Below are positions 37,230 to 47,586 of a stretch of 64,000 nucleotides of DNA, piece after piece. The stretch spans positions 91,754-155,753 of the forward strand of contig NZ_JAWVXC010000001.1 of NCBI RefSeq assembly GCF_033723435.1, read 5' to 3'. Under the pieces are notes generated by a model. The model worked only from the letters and a program-made list of their open reading frames with translations, did not search any database and was not told the origin of the DNA. This DNA is from Lutibacter sp. GTDB lineage: Bacteria; Bacteroidota; Bacteroidia; Flavobacteriales; Flavobacteriaceae. The position numbers and the translations under genes are program-made. Position 1 is the first letter of the stretch. Each line of letters opens with the position of its first letter.

Positions 37230-37257
37230 CCCACTCAAATTTTGAGTGGGTTTTTTT
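37230..37257 (+). terminator. Second (tandem) intrinsic terminator
   Basis: Hairpin CCCACTCAA-att-TTGAGTGGG is followed by T7. Confidence 0.6.
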
Positions 37258-37273
37258 ATAACTTTTATTAGCG

Positions 37274-37281
37274 TATTTTTG
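37274..37281 (+). promoter_or_regulatory. -7 promoter motif TATTTTTG for rnpB
   Basis: Exact TAnnTTTG, 7 nt upstream of the predicted P1 5' strand. Confidence 0.45.
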
Positions 37282-37287
37282 CAAATT

Positions 37288-37591
37288 AAAAGTAGGTCGC
37301 CTTATCGTTCCATTAATTGGAAAGGAAAGTCCGGACACCACAGAGTAGTATAGCGGATAACATCCGTCCAACGAAAGTTGAGGACAAGTGCAACAGAAAG
37401 CAAGTACAGTTCGGCTGTAGTGAAACCAGGTAAACTCTATACGGTGCAATGCCATGTATATTGAAATTTTAGAGTTACTCGCTCTATTTCAAGGGGTAGG
37501 CAGATTGAACTTTAGAGCAATTTAAAGTCTAGATAAATGATAAGGATTTCATCTTTTTGAAATACAGAATCCGGCTTACAGATCTACTTTT
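37288..37591 (+). ncRNA. rnpB: RNase P RNA, bacterial type A
   Basis: Universal elements GGAAAGTCCGGACACCACAGAG, CAACAGAAAGCAAG, GTGAAACCAGGTAAACTCTATACGGTGCAATG and ACAGAATCCGGCTTA. P1 is AAAGTAGGTC (37288-37298 region) paired with GATCTACTTT (37581-37590). Confidence 0.9.
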
Positions 37592-37775
37592 ATTTTTACA
37601 TTGTTATATTTTTAATATTTATTCATTTTTTTTCTTAATAATTAATTAATAAGTAATTTAATTAGATTTAATTAAATTATTAATAACTTAATGAGTAATA
37701 AGGTAAAAATCTTTTAAAAGAGTAGGTTTTTTTGTAATTTCGCGACTAGAAATAATAAAAACAAAATATATACTT

Positions 37776-40037
37776 ATGGCATTTGATATAGATATGATTA
37801 AAGGCGTTTATTCTCGTATGACTGAACGTGTTGATGCTGCTAAAAAAGTAGTTGGTAGACCTTTAACTTTAGCAGAAAAAATATTATATAACCATTTATG
37901 GGATGGAGTTTCTAAAACGGCTTTTAAACGAGGTGAAGATTATGTTGATTTTGCTCCAGATCGTATAGCTTGCCAAGATGCTACAGCTCAAATGGCACTT
38001 TTACAATTTATGCAAGCTGGTAAAGCTAAAGTAGCAGTACCTACAACTGTTCATTGCGATCATTTAATACAAGCAAAATTAGGAGCGGATAAAGATTTAC
38101 AAAACGCAATAAATAATAGTAGTGAAGTTTTTAATTTTTTATCGTCAGTTTCTAATAAATATGGAATTGGTTTTTGGAAACCTGGAGCAGGAATTATTCA
38201 TCAAGTAGTATTAGAGAATTATGCTTTCCCAGGAGGAATGATGATTGGAACAGATTCTCATACCGTTAATGCAGGAGGTTTAGGAATGGTAGCAATTGGT
38301 GTAGGAGGAGCTGATGCTGTGGATGTAATGGCTGGGATGCCTTGGGAATTAAAGTTCCCAAAATTAATAGGAGTTAAATTAACAGGAAAACTTTCTGGTT
38401 GGACTGCTCCTAAAGATGTTATTTTAAAAGTTGCAGGTATTTTAACTGTAAAAGGTGGTACTGGAGCAATTGTAGAATATTTTGGAGAAGGCGCAAAATC
38501 ACTTTCTGCTACAGGTAAAGGTACTATTTGTAATATGGGAGCTGAAATAGGAGCAACTACATCAACTTTTGGTTATGATGAAGCAATGGAACGCTATTTA
38601 CGTGCTACTGGAAGAAATGAAGTTGCAGATGAAGCTAATAAAATTGCAGGATATTTAACCGGAGATGATGAAGTTTATGCAGACCCTGAAAAATATTTTG
38701 ATCAAGTAATTGAAATTAATTTATCTGAATTAAAGCCACATTTAAATGGTCCATTTACACCAGATTTAGCAACTCCTGTTGGTGAGATGACTGAAAAGGC
38801 AACTAAAAATGGTTGGCCTTTAAAAGTTGAGTGGGGTTTAATAGGAAGTTGTACAAACTCTTCTTATGAAGATTTATCAAGAGCTGCTTCTGTAGCAAAA
38901 CAAGCAGTTGATAAAAAATTAACTACTAAAGCTGAGTTTGGTATTAATCCAGGTTCTGAACAAGTTCGTTATACTACTGAGCGTGACGGAATTTTAGATA
39001 TTTTTGAACAGTTAGATGCTAAAATATTTACCAATGCCTGTGGACCTTGTATTGGTCAATGGTCTAGAGAAGGAGCTGATAAGCAAGAAAAAAATACTAT
39101 TATACATTCCTTCAATAGAAATTTCTCTAAAAGAGCAGATGGAAACCCAAATACACATGCTTTTGTTGCTTCTCCAGAAATGGTTGCTGCTATAGCTATT
39201 TCAGGTAAATTAGATTTTAATCCATTAACAGATAAATTGATAAATCAAGATGGAGAAGAAGTAATGTTAGAAGAACCAACAGGTTTTGAATTGCCACCTA
39301 AAGGTTTTGATGTAAAAGATCCTGGCTATGATGCACCAGTTGCAGATGGAACTAAAGTTAGTATAAATGTTAAATCAGATTCTGAACGTTTACAATTATT
39401 AACTCCATTTAAACCAATTGGAAATAATGTAAAAGGAGCAAAATTATTAATTAAAGCTTTTGGAAAATGTACAACAGACCATATATCTATGGCTGGACCT
39501 TGGTTACGTTTTAGAGGGCATTTAGATAATATTTCAGATAATATGTTAATAGGTGCTGTAAATGCATTTAATAAAGAAACAAATAAAGTAAAAAATCAGT
39601 TGACTGGAGTTTATGGAGCTGTACCTGATACTGCAAGAGCTTATAAAGCTGCCAATGTACCGAGTGTTGTTGTTGGTGATCATAATTATGGTGAAGGTTC
39701 ATCTCGTGAGCATGCAGCAATGGAACCTCGTCATTTAGGTGTTGTTGCGGTTATTGTAAAATCATTTGCACGTATTCATGAAACAAACCTAAAAAAACAA
39801 GGTATGTTAGGATTAACGTTTGCTAATGAAGCTGATTATGATTTAATACAAGAAGATGATACATTCAACTTTTTAGATTTAAATGAATTTGCACCAAATA
39901 AACAATTAACCTTAGAAATTGTTCATAAGGATGGAAGTAAAGACGTTATTAAATTAAATCATACCTATAATTCTAATCAAATAGATTGGTATAATGAGGG
40001 TTCTGCACTTAATTTAATTAAAAAGGAAAACGCTTAA
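37776..40037 (+). CDS. acnA: Aconitate hydratase (monomeric, about 750-aa mitochondrial-like type)
   Basis: 753 aa. Motifs [29 protein letters not shown] and [10 protein letters not shown]. Confidence 0.95.
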   Translation: MAFDIDMIKGVYSRMTERVDAAKKVVGRPLTLAEKILYNHLWDGVSKTAFKRGEDYVDFAPDRIACQDATAQMALLQFMQAGKAKVAVPTTVHCDHLIQAKLGADKDLQNAINNSSEVFNFLSSVSNKYGIGFWKPGAGIIHQVVLENYAFPGGMMIGTDSHTVNAGGLGMVAIGVGGADAVDVMAGMPWELKFPKLIGVKLTGKLSGWTAPKDVILKVAGILTVKGGTGAIVEYFGEGAKSLSATGKGTICNMGAEIGATTSTFGYDEAMERYLRATGRNEVADEANKIAGYLTGDDEVYADPEKYFDQVIEINLSELKPHLNGPFTPDLATPVGEMTEKATKNGWPLKVEWGLIGSCTNSSYEDLSRAASVAKQAVDKKLTTKAEFGINPGSEQVRYTTERDGILDIFEQLDAKIFTNACGPCIGQWSREGADKQEKNTIIHSFNRNFSKRADGNPNTHAFVASPEMVAAIAISGKLDFNPLTDKLINQDGEEVMLEEPTGFELPPKGFDVKDPGYDAPVADGTKVSINVKSDSERLQLLTPFKPIGNNVKGAKLLIKAFGKCTTDHISMAGPWLRFRGHLDNISDNMLIGAVNAFNKETNKVKNQLTGVYGAVPDTARAYKAANVPSVVVGDHNYGEGSSREHAAMEPRHLGVVAVIVKSFARIHETNLKKQGMLGLTFANEADYDLIQEDDTFNFLDLNEFAPNKQLTLEIVHKDGSKDVIKLNHTYNSNQIDWYNEGSALNLIKKENA

Positions 40038-40056
40038 TAATCCATAAATATATTTT

Positions 40057-40086
40057 AAAAATCCTTCTTTTAAGAAGGATTTTTTT
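40057..40086 (+). terminator. Intrinsic terminator
   Basis: Hairpin AAAATCCTTCTT-tta-AAGAAGGATTTT is followed by a T-run. Confidence 0.8.
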
Positions 40087-40136
40087 GTTGATACACTTTA
40101 CGAAAACGATATCTGTTAAATTTTTATAAATTAATA

Positions 40137-40170
40137 TTTAAACAATTGTTTAAATCAAACATTTGTTTAA
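40137..40170 (+). promoter_or_regulatory. Putative TetR operator: perfect 18-bp palindrome plus an adjacent degenerate copy
   Basis: TTTAAACAATTGTTTAAA (40137-40154) is perfectly palindromic. TCAAACATTTGTTTAA (40155-40170) is a near-repeat. Both abut the -7 motif TAATTTTG (40168-40175), 25 nt upstream of the tetR ATG. Confidence 0.5.
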
Positions 40171-40199
40171 TTTTGTGTCGTTATTTTAAATAAAGATTT

Positions 40200-40820
40200 A
40201 TGGAACTAAATGAAAAAAAAATTCATATCCTCAAAATTGCTGAAAAGTTGTTTGCTGAAAAGGGATTTGATGGCACTTCTATTAGAACAATTGCTAAAGC
40301 AGCAGACATAAATATAGCAATGGTTTCTTATTATTTTGGTTCAAAAGAAAAATTGTTAGAAGGAATTTTGCTTTTTAGAAGTACAGATTTTAAAATGGAG
40401 TTTGAAAATATTCTTGCATCATCAAAATCTTATTTTGAAAAACTAAATGAAATAGTTACCTTAATTATTCAACGAATTCATAGAAATAGACACATTTACA
40501 AAATTGTAAATTTTGAATATTCAAATAACAATCGTGAAATTAACTTTGATGGTTATAATAATCAAAAAAAGGAAAATGCAAGTTTAATTCAAAATTTCAT
40601 CAAAGAAGGACAAGATGCAGGTTTCTTTTCAAAAAATATAAATACTTCGTTAATTTTTGCAACTATAATCGGCACCTATTTTCATATTTATTACAACAAA
40701 AAATATTATATGAAAAATTTTGATTTACAAAATGAAAAAGAAGTAGACAACTTTATTGTAGCAACTCTTATTCCTCACATTCAACAAACTATTAAAGCTT
40801 TATTAACAAATGAAAATTAA
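40200..40820 (+). CDS. TetR/AcrR family transcriptional regulator
   Basis: 206 aa. N-terminal HTH segment ILKIAEKLFAEKGFDGTSIRTIAKAADINIAMVSYYFGSKEKL. Confidence 0.85.
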   Translation: MELNEKKIHILKIAEKLFAEKGFDGTSIRTIAKAADINIAMVSYYFGSKEKLLEGILLFRSTDFKMEFENILASSKSYFEKLNEIVTLIIQRIHRNRHIYKIVNFEYSNNNREINFDGYNNQKKENASLIQNFIKEGQDAGFFSKNINTSLIFATIIGTYFHIYYNKKYYMKNFDLQNEKEVDNFIVATLIPHIQQTIKALLTNEN

Positions 40821-42114
40821 AAAAATCGGATTTGTTCTTATACTTATTATGATAAGTGCTGGGCAAATAAATGCTCAAGAAAGTATCCAGTTATCATTAA
40901 AAGATGCCGTAAAAATGGCTCTTTCAAATAGTGACCAATCAAAAATATTAGATTTAAATATAACATCTGCAAAAAATAAATTAGCTAGTGTTAAAGCAAT
41001 CCAATATCCTGATGTAAAATTATCTGGACAATATAATTATTTAACCAACGCTAATGTAAATTTAAATTTAGGCGAAAGCTCTTCAAGTGCGCCACCAAAA
41101 GTAAATGATTTGTTACTTGGACAAGTAAATATTTCTGTCCCACTTTTTTCAGGTTTTAAAATTAAAAACAGTATTAAAGCTTCCTCAAATAATTTTACTG
41201 CTGCAAAGCTTCAAACAGAAAATGGAAAAGAACAGTTAAGTATGCAAACTATTGAAACCTATATTAATTTATATAAATCTGAAAAAGCAATTCGTTTAGT
41301 TAGCGAAAATCTGAAAAACGCTAAGCAACGTGTTGAAGATTTTTCAAATATGGAAGAAAATGGATTATTAGCTAAAAATGATTTGTTAAAAGTAAAATTG
41401 CAAGAAGCATCTATTGAATTAGCGCTTTCTAAAGCTAAAAAAAATGCTTATATGCTTAATTATCAACTAGTAAAATTTTTAAAACTTCCTGAAAACACCA
41501 AAATTTCAATTGATGATTTAAATTTCAAAAATGTAATTGAAATGCCTAAATCAGATACGTTAGTTTCAAGAGCTGATACTAAAGCACTTGAATACCAATT
41601 AATGGCAGCTAAAAATGAAGTGAAAGTTGCAAAAAGCAGTTATTATCCTTCCATTGGTTTAAGTGGAGGATATGCAGCACTTAAACTTGGTAATTTTTTT
41701 ACAGTATATAATGCTATGAATGTTGGAGTCGGAATTTCTTATAATTTTTCTAATATTTTCAAAAATAAAAGTCAGGTTAAAATGGCAAAAATTAATGCTG
41801 ATGAATTAAATTATCAATTAGATAAATTAAATGATGCTGTAAAAATTCAAGTAGAAAATGCTCAGCAAGAATACACACTGGCTATATCAAATTTGAATGT
41901 TTATGAGCAATCTGAAATACAAGCGGTAGAAAATTATAGAATTGTAAACGATAAATTTAATAATGGTTTAGCAGATACGCGTGATTTATTAGAGGCAGAT
42001 GTGCAACAATTACAATCAAAAATAAATAAAGAGAATGCAAAAGCTACAGTATTATTAGCCTATTATAAATTAGCAAATGCAAAAGGAAATTTAAATTCAA
42101 AACTATTAAACTAA
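40810..42114 (+). CDS. TolC-family outer-membrane efflux protein
   Basis: 434 aa with a signal peptide and two OEP repeats (LSLKDAVKMALSNS...). Its start overlaps the tetR stop by 11 nt. Confidence 0.85.
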   Translation: MKIKKIGFVLILIMISAGQINAQESIQLSLKDAVKMALSNSDQSKILDLNITSAKNKLASVKAIQYPDVKLSGQYNYLTNANVNLNLGESSSSAPPKVNDLLLGQVNISVPLFSGFKIKNSIKASSNNFTAAKLQTENGKEQLSMQTIETYINLYKSEKAIRLVSENLKNAKQRVEDFSNMEENGLLAKNDLLKVKLQEASIELALSKAKKNAYMLNYQLVKFLKLPENTKISIDDLNFKNVIEMPKSDTLVSRADTKALEYQLMAAKNEVKVAKSSYYPSIGLSGGYAALKLGNFFTVYNAMNVGVGISYNFSNIFKNKSQVKMAKINADELNYQLDKLNDAVKIQVENAQQEYTLAISNLNVYEQSEIQAVENYRIVNDKFNNGLADTRDLLEADVQQLQSKINKENAKATVLLAYYKLANAKGNLNSKLLN

Positions 42115-42126
42115 GAAAAAAATAAT

Positions 42127-43209
42127 ATGGAACCATCCAAAAAACCATCCAAAAAATTAAAACTAATTTTAGCAGTAATTGTGCTAATTGGTGTAAGTTA
42201 TGCAGGTTATAAATTCATAAATTCATTTTATCACGAAGGAACTGATGATGCACAAGTTCAATCTAATATGACAGCAATTATCCCACATGTTGGCGGATAT
42301 ATTCAAAAAGTGTATGTAGTAGATAATCAGTTTGTTAAAAAAGGAGATACATTATTTGTAATAGATAATAGAGATTATATTTCTAAATTAAATCAAGCTG
42401 AAGCTAATGTAGAAGCAGCAAAAAGTCAGCTTATAGTTGCCAATTCCAAAATTAATTCTAATGTTGCAAGTGCAAAAGCTTCTGATGAACATGTTAAATC
42501 TGCTAATCAAAATATTGAAGTAGCAAAAATAAAATTGTGGCGCGCCGAGAATGATTTTAAGCGCTACAAAAATTTATATGATAAACATTCCATAACTACC
42601 CAACAATATGAGCAAGCATTAGCAGCAAAACAAGAAGCTGAAAAATCACTGGAAATTATTAAAAATCAACAAAAAGTAACTTCAAGTCAGCAAAAAGTTG
42701 CGGCTACTGAAACTGAAATTTCAAAAAGTATGGTTGCTGTTGCCAAATCTAATTTAAAGAGTGCAGAAGCTATGCTATCTGCTGCACAATTACAATTAAG
42801 TTACACAGTTGTAACAGCACCAGTTAATGGACAGCTTTCTAGTATTGGTTTTGAAGTAGGGCAATTGGTGCAGGCTGGTCAATCACTTTTTTATTTGATT
42901 AATACGGATAATAAATGGGTAGTTGCCAATTTTAAAGAAACACAATTAGGAAAAATGAAAATTGGACAAAAAGTGTCTATTAAAGTGGATGCTTTTCCTG
43001 ATAAAGATTTTGAAGGTGTAATATCTGCGTTTTCACCTGCAACTGGTGCTCGGTTTTCAATTTTACCTCCTGATAATGCAACCGGAAATTTTGTAAAAAC
43101 AGTACAACGTGTACCTGTAAAAATCGATTTTACAAAAGAGAATAATGCAGAACAGTTAAATAGATTAAGTTCAGGAATGAACGTAGTGGTTGATGTTCAC
43201 ATAAAATAA
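42127..43209 (+). CDS. HlyD/EmrA-family periplasmic adaptor
   Basis: 360 aa. It has an N-terminal TM anchor, a lipoyl-like region (GDTLFVIDNRDY), a long coiled coil, and TVVTAPVNGQLS. Confidence 0.85.
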   Translation: MEPSKKPSKKLKLILAVIVLIGVSYAGYKFINSFYHEGTDDAQVQSNMTAIIPHVGGYIQKVYVVDNQFVKKGDTLFVIDNRDYISKLNQAEANVEAAKSQLIVANSKINSNVASAKASDEHVKSANQNIEVAKIKLWRAENDFKRYKNLYDKHSITTQQYEQALAAKQEAEKSLEIIKNQQKVTSSQQKVAATETEISKSMVAVAKSNLKSAEAMLSAAQLQLSYTVVTAPVNGQLSSIGFEVGQLVQAGQSLFYLINTDNKWVVANFKETQLGKMKIGQKVSIKVDAFPDKDFEGVISAFSPATGARFSILPPDNATGNFVKTVQRVPVKIDFTKENNAEQLNRLSSGMNVVVDVHIK

Positions 43210-43212
43210 ATT

Positions 43213-44784
43213 ATGGAAGAAGATAGTTTAGTAGAGTACGGTTTTAGGCGTACAATTATTACTATTACTGCCGTTTTATGCGCACTTTTGGAAATTGTTG
43301 ATACAACAATAGTGAATGTGGCATTAAATGATATGAGAGGTAATTTAGGAGCAACCTTAAATGATATTGCTTGGGTAATAACTGCTTATGCCATTGCAAA
43401 TGTTATTATTATACCAATGACTAGTTGGCTTTCCAAACAATTTGGAAGAAGAAATTATTTTGCAGCTTCAATTATTATTTTTACCACGGCTTCATTTTTA
43501 TGTGGTAATTCTACAAGCCTTTGGGAGTTAATAATTTTTAGATTTATTCAAGGTTTAGGAGGAGGAGCTTTATTAGTAACAGCTCAAACAATTATAACGG
43601 AAAGTTATCCAATAGCAAAAAGAGGAATGGCTCAGGCAATTTACGGGATGGGTGTAATTGTAGGGCCAACCTTAGGACCTCCATTAGGTGGTTATATTAC
43701 AGATAATTATTCTTGGCCTTATATCTTTTATATTAATATCCCAATAGGTATTGTAGCAGCTATTTTAACTATATTATATGTTAGAAGTCCGAAGTTTGGA
43801 GAAAAATTAAAAGCTTGGCAAGTAGATTGGTGGGGAATAGTATTTTTAGCAGCTTTTATTGGCTCATTACAGTTTGTTTTAGAACACGGACAACAAGATA
43901 ATTGGTTTGAGAGCAATACCATTAAAGCATTGACTGCAGTTTCATTTTTTGGATTAATTTCATTCATTTGGAGAGAATTAGTATATGAACATCCAATTGT
44001 TAATTTACGAGTTTTACAGAATAATAATTTAATGTTAGGTACAATTATGACTTTTATACTTGGCTTTGGTTTATATGGTTCAACTTTTATTATTCCTATT
44101 TATACACAATCTATACTTGGTTGGACAGCTACGGATGCAGGTTTGTTGTTAATTCCTAGTTCTATTACTACAGGAATTATGATGCCTTTTATAGGTAAAA
44201 TGTTGCAGAGAGGAGTTTCCCAAAAATATTTAGTTGCAGCTGGATTCTCTATCTTTTTTCTGTATAGTTTATGGATGCATTTAGTATTAACTCCAGATAC
44301 TGGAGCTGGAGCAATGTTTTGGCCTTTAGTTGTAAGAGGAGTTGGCTTAGGACTGTTATTTGTTCCTATTACAACATTAGCTCTTTCAACATTAAAAGGA
44401 AAAGAAATAGGAGATGGAGCAGCTTTTACAGGAATGATGCGTCAGTTAGGTGGCTCATTTGGAGTTGCTATAATTACAACGGTTATAGCTAATTTAAATC
44501 AACAACATAGAGTAGAACTAATACCAAATATTACAGCAATTAATTTTAAAGTTCAAGAACGTCTTAACGGTTTACAACACTTTTTTATGAGTAAAGGATT
44601 TAGCGTTAATGAATCGCTCAAAAAAGCTTATCAAATATTGGATTTATCGGTAACCAAACAAAGTGCTGTACTTTCTTTTATGGATGTATTTTTGTACTTA
44701 GGCATATTATTTTTAATATGTGTACCATTTGTCCTATTAATTAAAAAAGGAGCTGGTAAGGTTAAAAGTGTAAGTTCTCATTAG
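43213..44784 (+). CDS. MFS drug:H+ antiporter, DHA2 (EmrB/QacA, 14-TMS) family
   Basis: 523 aa. Motifs LLEIVDTTIVNVAL and WLSKQFGRRN, with about 14 hydrophobic segments. Confidence 0.9.
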   Translation: MEEDSLVEYGFRRTIITITAVLCALLEIVDTTIVNVALNDMRGNLGATLNDIAWVITAYAIANVIIIPMTSWLSKQFGRRNYFAASIIIFTTASFLCGNSTSLWELIIFRFIQGLGGGALLVTAQTIITESYPIAKRGMAQAIYGMGVIVGPTLGPPLGGYITDNYSWPYIFYINIPIGIVAAILTILYVRSPKFGEKLKAWQVDWWGIVFLAAFIGSLQFVLEHGQQDNWFESNTIKALTAVSFFGLISFIWRELVYEHPIVNLRVLQNNNLMLGTIMTFILGFGLYGSTFIIPIYTQSILGWTATDAGLLLIPSSITTGIMMPFIGKMLQRGVSQKYLVAAGFSIFFLYSLWMHLVLTPDTGAGAMFWPLVVRGVGLGLLFVPITTLALSTLKGKEIGDGAAFTGMMRQLGGSFGVAIITTVIANLNQQHRVELIPNITAINFKVQERLNGLQHFFMSKGFSVNESLKKAYQILDLSVTKQSAVLSFMDVFLYLGILFLICVPFVLLIKKGAGKVKSVSSH

Positions 44785-44907
44785 TTTTTTATGAACTTTC
44801 TAAAATGAACTAATCTAAATTAAATTAAAACATATTTAATATTTTTTTAAGTTTTAATAGTTTAGGTTAGTTATTTTTTTTTGTAAATTTCAGGATAAAT
44901 CATTTCT

Positions 44908-46317
44908 ATGAAAATTACTCATTTTAGTGCTGAGTGTTATCCGATTGCAAAAGTTGGAGGACTTGCAGATGTTGTAGGATCCTTACCAAAATATCAAAAT
45001 TCAAAAACAATTAGTTCAGAGGTTATTATGCCTTTTTATGATATTGAATTTACAAAAAAAAATAAGTTCAATGTATTGTTTGAATCTACAATTCAATTAG
45101 GATTTTCAACATTTAAATATCGAATTTTAACTCCCAAATTAAAAAAATTGGGTTTTACTATTTATTTAGTTGATATTCCAGATTTATTATTTAAAAACTA
45201 TGTGTATTCTGAAAATGATACAGAACGCTTTTTAGCTTTTCAAATAGTAGCTTTAGATTGGATATTAACTTGGGAAACGAAACCAGATATAGTTCATTGT
45301 CATGATCATCATGTTGGATTAATTCCTTTTATGATGACACAATGTGTTAGATATGACAGTTTAAAAATGATTCCTACTGTTTTAACTATTCATAATGCTC
45401 AATATCAAGGATGGTTTACTCATGAAAAAGTGAATTTAATTCCAGCATTTAACTTTAAAAACGTTGGGTTATTAGATTGGGATGGAAGTATCAATCCGCT
45501 TGCTGCGGCTATTAAATGTGCTTGGCGTGTTACAACAGTTTCCCCAAGTTATATGAATGAACTTATATATTCTGCAAATGGATTAGAAATGCTTTTAAAT
45601 CATGAATCCGAAAAATGCATAGGAGTTTTAAATGGTATTGATACTGATGTTTGGAATAGTGAAACAGATACTTATTTAATTAAACAATATAAAACTACTT
45701 CAGTACAATCTGGAAAAAAAATAAATAAAAAATATTTGTGTGAGCAATTTAAATTAGAGGTTACAAAGCCTTTGTTTATTTTTATTGGTAGGTTAGTAGG
45801 TGAAAAAGGAGCGGATTTATTACCTGAAGTTTTTGAAGAAACTTTATTAAAAAATGATATTTCAATTTTATTATTGGGATCGGGAAGTAAAGCAGTTGAG
45901 CAAAAGTTAGAAAACTTAAAAACTAAATTTAAAGGGAAATATAATTCGTATATTGGTTACAACGAAAAGCTGGCTCATATTATGTATGCAGGAGCCGATT
46001 TTTTATTGATGCCTTCAAGGGTTGAACCTTGCGGTTTAAATCAGTTATATGCTTTAAAATATGGAACTATTCCTGTAGTTAGAAGTATAGGTGGATTGAA
46101 AGATACTGTTATTGACATATCTAAAGTAGGAGGAATTGGTATAGTGCATGAGGAAGTAAATGTAAAAGATATAACAAATGCAATTGATAGAGCTTTAGAG
46201 CTATATAAAAATCAAGATGAATTTAAGAAAGTTAGAAAACGAGGTATGCAAAAAGATTATTCTTGGGAAGTTTCAGCAAACTCATACATAAATATATATA
46301 ATTCATTAAAAGATTAA
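44908..46317 (+). CDS. glgA: Glycogen synthase (GT5)
   Basis: 469 aa. Motifs AKVGGLADVVGSLPK, HCHDHH and PSRVEPCGLNQLYALKYGT. Confidence 0.85.
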   Translation: MKITHFSAECYPIAKVGGLADVVGSLPKYQNSKTISSEVIMPFYDIEFTKKNKFNVLFESTIQLGFSTFKYRILTPKLKKLGFTIYLVDIPDLLFKNYVYSENDTERFLAFQIVALDWILTWETKPDIVHCHDHHVGLIPFMMTQCVRYDSLKMIPTVLTIHNAQYQGWFTHEKVNLIPAFNFKNVGLLDWDGSINPLAAAIKCAWRVTTVSPSYMNELIYSANGLEMLLNHESEKCIGVLNGIDTDVWNSETDTYLIKQYKTTSVQSGKKINKKYLCEQFKLEVTKPLFIFIGRLVGEKGADLLPEVFEETLLKNDISILLLGSGSKAVEQKLENLKTKFKGKYNSYIGYNEKLAHIMYAGADFLLMPSRVEPCGLNQLYALKYGTIPVVRSIGGLKDTVIDISKVGGIGIVHEEVNVKDITNAIDRALELYKNQDEFKKVRKRGMQKDYSWEVSANSYINIYNSLKD

Positions 46318-46320
46318 GTT

Positions 46321-47583
46321 ATGATAAATGATAAAGTTTTAGCCATAATTTTAGGTGGTGGACAAGGTTCAAGATTATATCCATTAACGCATGCACGTTC
46401 TAAACCTGCTGTGTCTATTGCCGGTAAATATAGATTGGTAGATATTCCTATTTCAAATTGTATAAATTCGGACATAAAAAGAATGTATGTTTTAACACAG
46501 TTTAATTCGGCTTCTTTAAATAGGCATATAAAAAACACGTATCATTTTAGCTTTTTCAGTTCTGCATTTGTAGATGTTTTAGCAGCTGAACAAACACCAA
46601 CAAATCACACTTGGTTTCAAGGTACGGCAGATGCTGTTAGGCAAAGTATGCATCATTTTAATAAACATAATTATGAATATGTTTTAATTTTATCAGGAGA
46701 TCAGCTATATCAAATGGACTTTAAAGAAATGGTAAATGCTCATATTAAAAGTAAAGCAGAAATTTCTATTGCTACCATTCCTGTAAATGAAAAAGAAGCT
46801 CCTTCCTTTGGAATTTTAAAATCCGATGAAAATAATTTTATTTCTTCTTTTATTGAAAAACCAGACGCAAAATTATTACCAGATTGGACTTCAGAAGTTA
46901 GCGATGAAATGAAAGCAAAAGGTAAAAATTATTTAGCTTCTATGGGAATTTATATCTTTAATAAAGGCTTATTAAAAGAGTTAATGAGTAATCCTGATAC
47001 TATTGATTTTGGAAAAGAAATTATTCCTCAAGCAATTGAAAAACACCCAGTATTAAGTTATCAATATGAAGGTTATTGGACAGATATTGGTACTATAGAA
47101 TCCTTTTTTGAGGCTAATTTAGGATTAACGGATAAATTTCCTGAGTTTGATTTATATAGTAAAGCAAAACGAATTTATACACATCCTAGAATGTTGCCAA
47201 CAACAAAAATTTCAGGAACTAATTTAGACAGAACCGTTATTGCTGAAGGTTGTATAATTGATGCAGGAAAAATTGAACATTCAGTTATTGGAGTTCGTTC
47301 AAAAATAGATAAAGAATCTACTATAATTAATACGTATATGATGGGTAGCGATTATTATCAATCTATAGATGAAATACTAGATGATTCTATTGTCTCCATG
47401 GGTATTGGAAAGCGTTGTTTTATTAAAAATGCCATTTTAGATAAAAATTGTTGTATTGGAAACGATGTTAGAATTAATGGAGGAAACCATTTAAAAGATG
47501 TTGAAACAGACACCTATGTGGTAAGGGAAGGAATTGTGGTAGTTAAAAAAGGCGCTGTTTTACCTAATGGCTTCATAATTTAG
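46321..47583 (+). CDS. glgC: Glucose-1-phosphate adenylyltransferase
   Basis: 420 aa. Motifs ILGGGQGSRLYPLT and FQGTADAV, with a C-terminal left-handed beta-helix region. Confidence 0.9.
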   Translation: MINDKVLAIILGGGQGSRLYPLTHARSKPAVSIAGKYRLVDIPISNCINSDIKRMYVLTQFNSASLNRHIKNTYHFSFFSSAFVDVLAAEQTPTNHTWFQGTADAVRQSMHHFNKHNYEYVLILSGDQLYQMDFKEMVNAHIKSKAEISIATIPVNEKEAPSFGILKSDENNFISSFIEKPDAKLLPDWTSEVSDEMKAKGKNYLASMGIYIFNKGLLKELMSNPDTIDFGKEIIPQAIEKHPVLSYQYEGYWTDIGTIESFFEANLGLTDKFPEFDLYSKAKRIYTHPRMLPTTKISGTNLDRTVIAEGCIIDAGKIEHSVIGVRSKIDKESTIINTYMMGSDYYQSIDEILDDSIVSMGIGKRCFIKNAILDKNCCIGNDVRINGGNHLKDVETDTYVVREGIVVVKKGAVLPNGFII

Positions 47584-47586
47584 TGG

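Noticed and set aside
37168-37455. 95-aa minus-strand ORF from the track
   Set aside because: It lies antisense across the dnaJ terminators and the 5' half of the clearly recognisable RNase P RNA. It has an odd Cys/Tyr/Phe-rich composition and no promoter motif. I treat it as an artefact.
44800-44850. Short direct repeats (ATGAACT / TCTAAA twice) upstream of glgA as a regulator site
   Set aside because: The repeats are only 6-7 nt, imperfectly spaced, and lie in a highly A/T-rich spacer. They cannot be distinguished from chance without comparative data.
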